A stretch of DNA of 32,000 nucleotides from Mycobacterium tuberculosis H37Rv (GCF_000195955.2 NC_000962.3:1350001-1382000), one strand, 5' to 3'. Positions 1-7,758 are shown, numbered from the stretch's first letter. Notes: generated by a model from the sequence alone, not told the origin. A program made the numbers and translations.

Positions 1-1125
1 TGGCTGCGGGCGCTGGCCGTCTTCGGAGGGATGGGGCTGCGGCTGAAGGGTTCCGACACGCTCTACAGCTGCCTGCCGCTGTACCACAACAACGCGTTAA
101 CGGTCGCGGTGTCGTCGGTGATCAATTCTGGGGCGACCCTGGCGCTGGGTAAGTCGTTTTCGGCGTCGCGGTTCTGGGATGAGGTGATTGCCAACCGGGC
201 GACGGCGTTCGTCTACATCGGCGAAATCTGCCGTTATCTGCTCAACCAGCCGGCCAAGCCGACCGACCGTGCCCACCAGGTGCGGGTGATCTGCGGTAAC
301 GGGCTGCGGCCGGAGATCTGGGATGAGTTCACCACCCGCTTCGGGGTCGCGCGGGTGTGCGAGTTCTACGCCGCCAGCGAAGGCAACTCGGCCTTTATCA
401 ACATCTTCAACGTGCCCAGGACCGCCGGGGTATCGCCGATGCCGCTTGCCTTTGTGGAATACGACCTGGACACCGGCGATCCGCTGCGGGATGCGAGCGG
501 GCGAGTGCGTCGGGTACCCGACGGTGAACCCGGCCTGTTGCTTAGCCGGGTCAACCGGCTGCAGCCGTTCGACGGCTACACCGACCCGGTTGCCAGCGAA
601 AAGAAGTTGGTGCGCAACGCTTTTCGAGATGGCGACTGTTGGTTCAACACCGGTGACGTGATGAGCCCGCAGGGCATGGGCCATGCCGCCTTCGTCGATC
701 GGCTGGGCGACACCTTCCGCTGGAAGGGCGAGAATGTCGCCACCACTCAGGTCGAAGCGGCACTGGCCTCCGACCAGACCGTCGAGGAGTGCACGGTCTA
801 CGGCGTCCAGATTCCGCGCACCGGCGGGCGCGCCGGAATGGCCGCGATCACACTGCGCGCTGGCGCCGAATTCGACGGCCAGGCGCTGGCCCGAACGGTT
901 TACGGTCACTTGCCCGGCTATGCACTTCCGCTCTTTGTTCGGGTAGTGGGGTCGCTGGCGCACACCACGACGTTCAAGAGTCGCAAGGTGGAGTTGCGCA
1001 ACCAGGCCTATGGCGCCGACATCGAGGATCCGCTGTACGTACTGGCCGGCCCGGACGAAGGATATGTGCCGTACTACGCCGAATACCCTGAGGAGGTTTC
1101 GCTCGGAAGGCGACCGCAGGGCTAG
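1..1125 (+). CDS. fadD6: Very-long-chain fatty-acyl-CoA synthetase (FATP-like adenylate-forming enzyme), 5'-truncated by the window edge
   Basis: Frame 1 is open from base 1, so the ATG at 31 is internal. The translation has adenylate-forming/FATP motifs (YIGEICRYL, NTGDV, DRLGDTFRWKGENV). Stop is TAG 1123-1125. Confidence 0.9.
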   Translation, partial: WLRALAVFGGMGLRLKGSDTLYSCLPLYHNNALTVAVSSVINSGATLALGKSFSASRFWDEVIANRATAFVYIGEICRYLLNQPAKPTDRAHQVRVICGNGLRPEIWDEFTTRFGVARVCEFYAASEGNSAFINIFNVPRTAGVSPMPLAFVEYDLDTGDPLRDASGRVRRVPDGEPGLLLSRVNRLQPFDGYTDPVASEKKLVRNAFRDGDCWFNTGDVMSPQGMGHAAFVDRLGDTFRWKGENVATTQVEAALASDQTVEECTVYGVQIPRTGGRAGMAAITLRAGAEFDGQALARTVYGHLPGYALPLFVRVVGSLAHTTTFKSRKVELRNQAYGADIEDPLYVLAGPDEGYVPYYAEYPEEVSLGRRPQG

Positions 1126-1190
1126 CGGATTCCGGGCGCAGTCTCGATACCCGCACTGGACGCTCGACGGTAACCAGGCACTATGGATGC

Positions 1191-2147
1191 GTGCGTTCAA
1201 CACCGCCGGCCTCAGCCGGTCGTTCAACACCGCCGGCGTTAGCCGGCCATTCAACACCGCCGGCGTTAGCCGGCCATTCAACGCTGTGCGGCCGTCCAGT
1301 CGCAGGTGATCGTGCGCTGATCATGGCGATCGTCAACCGCACCCCGGATTCGTTTTACGACAAGGGTGCGACTTTCAGCGACGCGGCTGCCAGAGACGCG
1401 GTCCACCGGGCCGTCGCCGACGGTGCCGACGTCATCGACGTCGGCGGTGTCAAAGCCGGCCCGGGTGAACGCGTCGACGTCGACACCGAGATCACGCGGC
1501 TGGTGCCGTTCATCGAATGGCTCCGCGGTGCTTACCCGGACCAGCTGATCAGTGTCGACACCTGGCGCGCGCAGGTGGCGAAGGCGGCCTGCGCGGCGGG
1601 GGCGGACCTGATCAACGACACCTGGGGTGGCGTCGACCCGGCCATGCCCGAGGTGGCCGCCGAGTTCGGCGCGGGCCTGGTGTGTGCGCACACCGGCGGC
1701 GCGCTGCCACGCACGCGACCCTTCCGGGTGAGCTACGGTACGACTACCCGCGGTGTGGTGGATGCTGTGATTAGCCAGGTCACAGCCGCCGCCGAGCGGG
1801 CCGTCGCGGCCGGGGTGGCCCGCGAGAAGGTGTTGATCGACCCGGCACACGACTTCGGCAAGAACACCTTCCATGGGCTGCTGCTATTGCGACACGTGGC
1901 CGATCTTGTTATGACCGGGTGGCCCGTGCTGATGGCTTTGAGCAACAAGGACGTTGTCGGGGAGACTCTGGGCGTGGATTTGACCGAACGGCTTGAGGGA
2001 ACGCTGGCAGCCACCGCGTTGGCTGCGGCCGCCGGGGCGCGCATGTTTCGGGTGCATGAGGTCGCCGCCACCCGGCGGGTGCTGGAAATGGTGGCATCGA
2101 TTCAGGGGGTCCGGCCGCCGACGCGCACGGTGAGAGGACTCGCATGA
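1191..2147 (+). CDS. folP2: Dihydropteroate synthase paralogue (pterin-binding fold)
   Basis: 318-codon ORF from GTG 1191. DHPS-fold motifs start near ATG 1323 (IVNRTPDSFYDKG, DVGG, SVDTW, INDTWGG). The first 44 codons are the tandem repeat, so ATG 1323 is an alternative start. The stop overlaps the gpgS start (ATGA 2144-2147). Confidence 0.85.
   Translation: MRSTPPASAGRSTPPALAGHSTPPALAGHSTLCGRPVAGDRALIMAIVNRTPDSFYDKGATFSDAAARDAVHRAVADGADVIDVGGVKAGPGERVDVDTEITRLVPFIEWLRGAYPDQLISVDTWRAQVAKAACAAGADLINDTWGGVDPAMPEVAAEFGAGLVCAHTGGALPRTRPFRVSYGTTTRGVVDAVISQVTAAAERAVAAGVAREKVLIDPAHDFGKNTFHGLLLLRHVADLVMTGWPVLMALSNKDVVGETLGVDLTERLEGTLAATALAAAAGARMFRVHEVAATRRVLEMVASIQGVRPPTRTVRGLA
1195..1282. repeat. 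27-bp tandem repeat, 3 full units plus a 7-nt partial unit
   Basis: Units lie at 1195-1221, 1222-1248 and 1249-1275 (GTTCAACACCGCCGGCGTTAGCCGGCC consensus). Units 2 and 3 differ at 1 base, and unit 1 differs from unit 2 at 3 bases. Each unit holds two GCCGGC-type self-complementary hexamers 4 nt apart. Confidence 0.95.
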
Positions 2148-3118
2148 CAGCATCGGAGCTGGTCGCCGGCGATCTCGCCGGTGGCAGGGCCCCTGGCGCG
2201 CTGCCCTTGGACACTACTTGGCACCGTCCCGGCTGGACGATCGGGGAGTTGGAAGCGGCAAAGGCCGGACGGACGATTTCGGTGGTGCTGCCGGCCCTCA
2301 ACGAGGAAGCGACCATCGAATCGGTGATCGACAGCATCTCTCCGCTGGTCGATGGCCTGGTCGATGAATTGATCGTGCTGGACTCCGGTTCCACCGACGA
2401 CACCGAGATCCGGGCCATCGCCTCCGGCGCCCGGGTTGTCAGCCGTGAACAGGCGTTGCCCGAGGTGCCGGTACGGCCCGGCAAAGGTGAGGCATTGTGG
2501 CGTTCACTGGCGGCCACCAGCGGCGACATCGTGGTGTTCATCGACTCAGACCTGATCAACCCGCACCCCTTGTTTGTGCCATGGCTGGTCGGTCCGCTGC
2601 TCACCGGCGAAGGCATTCAGCTGGTCAAGAGCTTTTACCGACGGCCGCTGCAGGTCAGCGACGTGACGAGTGGGGTGTGCGCCACCGGCGGCGGGAGGGT
2701 CACCGAGCTGGTGGCGCGGCCACTGTTAGCCGCGCTGCGGCCCGAGCTGGGTTGTGTACTGCAGCCGCTGAGCGGTGAGTATGCGGCCAGCCGGGAGCTG
2801 CTGACATCGCTGCCATTTGCCCCCGGCTACGGCGTGGAGATCGGCCTCTTGATAGACACGTTCGACCGGTTGGGCCTGGACGCAATCGCCCAGGTCAACT
2901 TGGGCGTTCGGGCGCACCGTAACCGGCCCCTAGACGAGCTCGGCGCGATGAGCCGCCAGGTCATCGCGACCCTGCTGTCGCGCTGTGGAATTCCCGATTC
3001 CGGTGTCGGGCTGACCCAGTTCTTGCCCGGCGGCCCGGACGATAGTGACTACACGCGGCACACCTGGCCGGTATCACTAGTCGACCGGCCGCCGATGAAG
3101 GTGATGCGGCCGCGCTGA
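2144..3118 (+). CDS. gpgS: Glucosyl-3-phosphoglycerate synthase (GT-A fold retaining glycosyltransferase)
   Basis: 324-aa ORF with GT-A motifs (VVLPALNEE, DxD-type FIDSDL). I recognise it as the Rv1208 sequence. It has a 4-nt overlap with folP2. Confidence 0.92.
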   Translation: MTASELVAGDLAGGRAPGALPLDTTWHRPGWTIGELEAAKAGRTISVVLPALNEEATIESVIDSISPLVDGLVDELIVLDSGSTDDTEIRAIASGARVVSREQALPEVPVRPGKGEALWRSLAATSGDIVVFIDSDLINPHPLFVPWLVGPLLTGEGIQLVKSFYRRPLQVSDVTSGVCATGGGRVTELVARPLLAALRPELGCVLQPLSGEYAASRELLTSLPFAPGYGVEIGLLIDTFDRLGLDAIAQVNLGVRAHRNRPLDELGAMSRQVIATLLSRCGIPDSGVGLTQFLPGGPDDSDYTRHTWPVSLVDRPPMKVMRPR

Positions 3119-3156
3119 CCGACACCGCGTCGGCGCCTTAGGGCAAGATCGATGAC

Positions 3157-3525
3157 GTGGCGTTGGTGTTGGTGTACCTGGTGGTGCTGGTCCTGGTGGC
3201 GATCGTGCTGTTCGCTGCGGCGAGCTTGCTATTCGGCCGTGGCGAGCAGTTGCCGCCCCTGCCGCGGGCGACGACGGCGACGACGCTGCCGGCGTTCGGG
3301 GTCACCCGCGCCGACGTCGACGCGGTCAAGTTCACGCAGGTGCTGCGCGGGTACAAGACCAGCGAGGTGGACTGGGTGCTGGAACGGCTCGGCCGTGAGC
3401 TCGAGGCGCTACGCTCTCAGCTCGGGGCGATCCACGCCTCGTCGGAAGACGCCGAGGCCGAGTCTGACGCGTCAAACCCTTCGCGCGGCGAGACCGTCGT
3501 GCACTACCGTTCTGACCCCGCGTGA
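3157..3525 (+). CDS. Small membrane-anchored DivIVA-domain protein (Rv1209-like)
   Basis: GTG start with an N-terminal TM helix (LVLVYLVVLVLVAIVLFAAASLLF). This is followed by the DivIVA-type motif FTQVLRGYKTSEVDWVLERL and a coiled-coil. The stop overlaps the tagA start (GTGA 3522-3525). Confidence 0.8.
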   Translation: MALVLVYLVVLVLVAIVLFAAASLLFGRGEQLPPLPRATTATTLPAFGVTRADVDAVKFTQVLRGYKTSEVDWVLERLGRELEALRSQLGAIHASSEDAEAESDASNPSRGETVVHYRSDPA

Positions 3526-4136
3526 GCGGCGACGGGCTGGTTCGCTGCCCCTGGGCGGAGGTTCGTCCAGGGCCCGATGCCCAGCTGTACCGCGACTATC
3601 ACGACAACGAATGGGGGCGTCCGCTGTACGGCCGGGTGGCTTTGTTCGAGCGAATGAGCCTGGAGGCCTTCCAGAGTGGCCTGTCATGGTTGATAATCCT
3701 GCGCAAGCGGGAGAATTTCCGGCGCGCATTCTCTGGGTTCGACATCGACAAGATCGCTCGCTACACCGATACCGATGTGCGACGGCTACTCGCCGATGAC
3801 GGAATCGTGCGCAACCGCGCCAAGATTGAGGCGACGATCGCCAACGCGCGCGCAGCTGCCGATCTGGGGTCGTCCGAAGACCTATCCGAGCTGCTGTGGT
3901 CGTTCGCGCCACCGCCTCGGCCCCGGCCCGTCGACGGTTCCGAAATTCCCTCGGTCAGCACGGAATCGAAGGCTATGTCGCGTGAGTTGAAGCGGCGCGG
4001 GTTCCGTTTCGTCGGGCCCACCACCGCCTATGCGTTGATGCAGGCGACCGGGATGGTCGACGACCATATCCAAGCATGCTGGGTGCCCACTGAGCGACCT
4101 TTTGACCAGCCGGGCTGCCCGATGGCGGCCCGGTGA
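3522..4136 (+). CDS. tagA: DNA-3-methyladenine glycosylase I
   Basis: 204-aa ORF with Tag-family motifs (YHDNEWG, FQSGLSWLIILRKRENFR, C-terminal DDHxxxC zinc-site region). Confidence 0.92.
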   Translation: MSGDGLVRCPWAEVRPGPDAQLYRDYHDNEWGRPLYGRVALFERMSLEAFQSGLSWLIILRKRENFRRAFSGFDIDKIARYTDTDVRRLLADDGIVRNRAKIEATIANARAAADLGSSEDLSELLWSFAPPPRPRPVDGSEIPSVSTESKAMSRELKRRGFRFVGPTTAYALMQATGMVDDHIQACWVPTERPFDQPGCPMAAR

Positions 4137-4242
4137 AGTCATTGCGCCGGGGCTTGTGCACCTGATGAACCCGAATAGGGAACAATAGGGGGGTGATTTG
4201 GCAGTTCAATGTCGGGTATGGCTGGAAATCCAATGGCGGGGC

Positions 4243-4470
4243 ATGCTCGGCGCCGACCAGGCTCGCGCAGGCGGGCCAGCCCGAATCTGGAGGGAGCACT
4301 CAATGGCGGCGATGAAGCCCCGGACCGGCGACGGTCCTTTGGAAGCAACTAAGGAGGGGCGCGGCATTGTGATGCGAGTACCACTTGAGGGTGGCGGTCG
4401 CCTGGTCGTCGAGCTGACACCCGACGAAGCCGCCGCACTGGGTGACGAACTCAAAGGCGTTACTAGCTAA
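4243..4470 (+). CDS. Small conserved actinobacterial protein (DUF3117 family, Rv1211)
   Basis: The ORF is open from 4198. I recall the annotated form as 75 aa from ATG 4243. A strong SD (GGAGGGAG, 4289-4296) lies 6 nt before ATG 4303 and would give the 55-aa core MAAMKPRTGDGPLEATKEGRGIVMRVPLEGGGRLVVELTPDEAAALGDELKGVTS. Confidence 0.75.
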   Translation: MLGADQARAGGPARIWREHSMAAMKPRTGDGPLEATKEGRGIVMRVPLEGGGRLVVELTPDEAAALGDELKGVTS

Positions 4471-4497
4471 GACCAGCCCAACGGCGAATGGTCGGCG

Positions 4498-5661
4498 TTA
4501 CGCGCACACCTTCCGGTAGATGTCCAGTGTCTGCTCGGCGATGTATGCCCAGGAGAACTCTTGGATACAGCGCTGGCGTCCGGCATGCCCGTAGCGCTCC
4601 GCCGTTGCCGGGTCGGCGACCAAGGCATTGACCGCCTCAGCCAATCTGGCCTGGTAACCGGTCGCGTCGTCGGCGTCGTAATGCACCAGTGAGCCGGTGA
4701 TCCCGTCGGCGACCACCTCGGGGATCCCGCCGACGTCGGAGGCCACCACGGCGGTTGCGCACGCCATCGCTTCCAGGTTTACGATACCCAGCGGCTCGTA
4801 CACCGACGGGCACACGAAAACTGTTGCTGCCGAAAGTATTTCTCGTAGTTGTCCGATGGTAAGCCGGTCTTGGATCCAAAACACGCCAGTGCGATTGCGG
4901 GCCAGTTCGGCCACCGCGACGCGCACTTCGTCGGCTACTTCCGGCGTGTCCGCAGCACCCGCGCAGAGCACTAGCTGTACGTCCGATCTGAATCGGTGCG
5001 CGGCTGTTACCAGGTGGACGACTCCCTTTTGCCGGGTGATTCGCCCGACGAACACCGCCATGGGCCGGTTCGGATCGACCCCGAGCTCGGCCAGCACCGA
5101 CCCGGTACGCGCGGGCCCGGCCGGATACCACGTCTCGGTGTCGATCCCGTTCCGGATGACGTGCACCAGGTTCGGATCCAGGCTGGGATAGACCCGCAAC
5201 ATGTCGTTGCGCATTGCAGAACTGACCGCAATGACCGCGTTGGCGGCCAGCACCGCGGTCTGCTCGACCCATGTCGATACCTGGTAGCCGCCGCCGAGTT
5301 GCTCCTTCTTCCATGGCCGCAACGGTTCGAGCGAATGTGCGGTCAAAACATGCGGGATGTCGTAGAGTATCGCGGCCAGATGCCCCGCCAGAGCGGTGTA
5401 CCAGGTGTGTGAATGCACGACGGTGGCCGCGCTGGCGGCATTGGCCATCACCAGGTCCGCGGACAAGGTGGACAGCGCCGCGTTGGCGCTGCCTAGCCTC
5501 GGGTCGGGCCGATAGGCAAATGCGCCCGGGCGGGGTGCGCCCATGCAGTGCACGTCGACCGCGCACAGCCGGCGTAGGTAGGCAACCAGTTCGGTGACAT
5601 GTACCCCGGCTCCACCGTAAACCTCCGGTGGGTATTCCCGAGTCAACATCGCCACCCGCAT
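4498..5661 (-). CDS. glgA: GT4 alpha-glucosyltransferase, annotated glycogen synthase GlgA and since re-assigned as maltose-1-phosphate synthase GlgM
   Basis: 387 aa from ATG 5661 (MRVAMLTREYPPEVYGGAGVHV). C-terminal GT-B motif (VCPSVYEPLGIVNLEAMA). The 451-aa track ORF is an upstream extension lacking homology. Confidence 0.9.
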   Translation of the reverse strand: MRVAMLTREYPPEVYGGAGVHVTELVAYLRRLCAVDVHCMGAPRPGAFAYRPDPRLGSANAALSTLSADLVMANAASAATVVHSHTWYTALAGHLAAILYDIPHVLTAHSLEPLRPWKKEQLGGGYQVSTWVEQTAVLAANAVIAVSSAMRNDMLRVYPSLDPNLVHVIRNGIDTETWYPAGPARTGSVLAELGVDPNRPMAVFVGRITRQKGVVHLVTAAHRFRSDVQLVLCAGAADTPEVADEVRVAVAELARNRTGVFWIQDRLTIGQLREILSAATVFVCPSVYEPLGIVNLEAMACATAVVASDVGGIPEVVADGITGSLVHYDADDATGYQARLAEAVNALVADPATAERYGHAGRQRCIQEFSWAYIAEQTLDIYRKVCA

Positions 5662-5823
5662 ACCCCGCACCGTAGTGCGGTGACGGGGCGGCCCGCGTGG
5701 CGGGCCGAGGAGGAGGCGGAGGCGGCACAGCACCCGTCGAACGGGGCCAAACACCTTGACGGACAGCCCGTCAGAGCAGTAGCCAGGGGCGGATTCCCCT
5801 TGGCAGTGGTTTGCGGGGGCCGA

Positions 5824-5829
5824 TAGGTT
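5824..5829 (+). promoter_or_regulatory. Candidate -10 hexamer (TAGGTT, TANNNT class) that would make glgC leaderless
   Basis: The hexamer ends 6 nt before the A of ATG 5836. No Shine-Dalgarno sequence lies between it and the ATG (TGAGCC). Confidence 0.3.
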
Positions 5830-5835
5830 TGAGCC

Positions 5836-7050
5836 ATGAGAGAAGTGCCGCACGTGCTGGGCATAGTCTTAGCCGGCGGTGAGGGCAAGCGGCTTTATCC
5901 GCTGACCGCGGACCGGGCCAAGCCCGCGGTTCCTTTCGGCGGCGCCTATCGATTGATCGATTTCGTACTCTCAAACCTCGTCAACGCCCGGTATCTGAGG
6001 ATCTGTGTTCTCACCCAATACAAGTCGCATTCACTGGACCGCCATATCTCGCAGAACTGGCGGTTGTCTGGTCTGGCGGGTGAGTACATCACCCCGGTGC
6101 CGGCACAGCAGCGCCTCGGCCCGCGCTGGTATACCGGCTCCGCCGATGCGATCTATCAATCGCTGAACTTGATCTACGACGAAGATCCAGACTACATAGT
6201 GGTTTTCGGCGCCGACCACGTCTACCGTATGGATCCCGAACAGATGGTCCGGTTCCACATCGACAGCGGTGCCGGCGCGACGGTGGCCGGCATACGGGTT
6301 CCACGTGAAAATGCGACCGCGTTCGGTTGTATCGACGCCGATGACTCCGGCCGTATTCGCAGCTTCGTTGAGAAGCCGCTGGAGCCGCCCGGAACCCCCG
6401 ACGACCCCGACACCACGTTCGTCTCAATGGGCAACTACATTTTCACGACCAAGGTGCTTATCGACGCGATTCGCGCCGACGCCGACGACGACCACTCGGA
6501 CCACGACATGGGTGGTGACATCGTTCCGCGGTTGGTGGCCGACGGTATGGCGGCGGTCTATGACTTCTCCGATAACGAAGTGCCTGGTGCCACCGATCGC
6601 GACCGAGCATATTGGCGCGACGTCGGGACGCTTGACGCGTTTTACGACGCACATATGGACCTGGTGTCGGTGCACCCGGTGTTCAACCTGTACAACAAGC
6701 GGTGGCCGATCCGCGGGGAGTCGGAGAACCTGGCGCCGGCGAAGTTCGTCAATGGCGGCTCCGCACAGGAGTCGGTGGTTGGTGCCGGCAGCATCATCTC
6801 GGCGGCCTCGGTGCGTAATTCGGTGCTGTCGTCGAACGTCGTGGTCGACGACGGCGCGATCGTTGAGGGCAGTGTGATCATGCCCGGCACCCGCGTTGGG
6901 CGCGGGGCGGTGGTGCGCCACGCGATCCTGGACAAGAACGTCGTCGTCGGGCCCGGTGAGATGGTCGGCGTGGATCTGGAGAAGGACCGGGAACGCTTCG
7001 CGATCAGCGCCGGCGGCGTGGTCGCCGTGGGCAAGGGTGTTTGGATCTAG
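5836..7050 (+). CDS. glgC: Glucose-1-phosphate adenylyltransferase (ADP-glucose pyrophosphorylase)
   Basis: 404 aa with the N-terminal nucleotidyltransferase motif [28 protein letters not shown] and a C-terminal left-handed beta-helix repeat region. Confidence 0.95.
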   Translation: MREVPHVLGIVLAGGEGKRLYPLTADRAKPAVPFGGAYRLIDFVLSNLVNARYLRICVLTQYKSHSLDRHISQNWRLSGLAGEYITPVPAQQRLGPRWYTGSADAIYQSLNLIYDEDPDYIVVFGADHVYRMDPEQMVRFHIDSGAGATVAGIRVPRENATAFGCIDADDSGRIRSFVEKPLEPPGTPDDPDTTFVSMGNYIFTTKVLIDAIRADADDDHSDHDMGGDIVPRLVADGMAAVYDFSDNEVPGATDRDRAYWRDVGTLDAFYDAHMDLVSVHPVFNLYNKRWPIRGESENLAPAKFVNGGSAQESVVGAGSIISAASVRNSVLSSNVVVDDGAIVEGSVIMPGTRVGRGAVVRHAILDKNVVVGPGEMVGVDLEKDRERFAISAGGVVAVGKGVWI

Positions 7051-7065
7051 GTCCGGTTAGCGGCG

Positions 7066-7123
7066 CGAGCAGACACAGAATCGCCCATTTCGGCACGAAA
7101 TTGGGCGATTCTGCGTCTGCTCG
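7066..7123. terminator. Long near-perfect palindrome (terminator-like hairpin family, copy 1) between convergent glgC and PE14
   Basis: CGAGCAGACACAGAATCGCCCATTTCG-GCA-CGAAATTGGGCGATTCTGCGTCTGCTCG, with one mismatch and one 1-nt bulge. It starts 16 nt after the glgC stop. Confidence 0.6.
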
Positions 7124-7142
7124 GCGCGGTGGGGCGCGCCGG

Positions 7143-7292
7143 CTAGGGCCCTGGCGGCCCGGGTTGGCCGAACAGCTGCCCGCCAGCGCCGCCGCGAGCG
7201 CCGGCCGCGGCGGCCCCGCGCCACCTCCCACGCCGCCGTTGCCGATCAACCCCCCGGGCCCGCCGTCTTGGCCCGGTCCGCCATTGGCGCCG
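7143..7292 (-). pseudogene. Out-of-frame PGRS-like (Gly-rich) coding remnant immediately downstream of the PE14 stop
   Basis: On the minus strand, one frame off from PE14, the sequence reads [28 protein letters not shown]. Further on, in the PE14 frame, it reads GARGGAGGQLFGQPGPPGP then stop (TAG at 7143-7145). Confidence 0.5.
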
Positions 7293-7625
7293 TCACCGAT
7301 CGAACAGTGCCTGGGTGGGAGCGTTGATCACATTCAGCACGTCTTGCTGCACGCTCTGCGCCACAGCAGCGTTGACGGCTTCGGCAGCCGCATAGGCCCC
7401 GCCAGCGCCGGTCAGGGCTTGTACGAACTGCTGATGAAACGCCGTCGCCTGCAAGCTAAGCGCCTGATAGGCCTGAGCGTGTCTGGCGAACAGTGACGCC
7501 ACGACCGCCGATACTTCATCGGCACAGGCGGCCAGCATCGCGGTGGTTGGGGCTGCCGCGGCGGCATTGGCCGCGCTCAATGCCGAGCCGATGCCCGCCA
7601 AATCCGTTGCCGCCGATGCCAGCAC
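7293..7625 (-). CDS. PE14: PE family protein (PE domain only)
   Basis: 110 codons from GTG 7625 ([28 protein letters not shown]...). The YxxxE secretion motif (YAAAE) is present and the C-terminus is [11 protein letters not shown]. The canonical PE N-terminus is missing from this frame (see findings). Confidence 0.85.
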   Translation of the reverse strand: MLASAATDLAGIGSALSAANAAAAAPTTAMLAACADEVSAVVASLFARHAQAYQALSLQATAFHQQFVQALTGAGGAYAAAEAVNAAVAQSVQQDVLNVINAPTQALFDR

Positions 7626-7758
7626 GTCCGGGGCGCCACCAGATACGACATGGCCACACCTTATCGTGGGCTCGTTACGGCATGCGGTGTTTTCGACGGA
7701 CTCGTCACCGACGCCGCGCGTGTGACGCGCGCCGTCAGCCAGCGCTCGGCAACCCGGG

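Noticed and set aside
97-1281. A 394-aa ORF antisense to fadD6. Similar long antisense or out-of-frame ORFs include 1909-2616(-), 4637-5728(-), 17715-18656(-), 17936-18739(+), 19540-20457(+), 21753-22937(+), 23229-24131(+), 24340-25023(+) and 29878-30783(+).
   Set aside because: Each one fully overlaps an ORF on the other strand or frame that has clear family motifs. Their translations are Arg/Pro/Gly/Ala-rich with no recognisable domains. In ~65% GC DNA, stop codons are rare, so such shadow ORFs are expected.
1195-1282. I considered the tandem repeat as a CRISPR-like array.
   Set aside because: The units are directly adjacent with no spacers, and there are only about 3 copies. No cas genes are present, so it is a minisatellite and not a CRISPR array.
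4471-4497. A possible terminator between convergent Rv1211 and glgA (GACCA...TGGTC).
   Set aside because: The stem is only 5 bp with a 13-nt loop and no U-tract, which is too weak to call.
4498-5853. N-terminal extensions in the track for glgA (451 aa), Rv1218c (379 aa, to 12937), rseA (219 aa, from 15149) and Rv1220c (247 aa, to 14246).
   Set aside because: The family-conserved N-termini begin at internal starts (5661, 12733, 15344, 14150). Several of these have good SDs. The extensions overlap neighbouring genes or promoters and have atypical composition.
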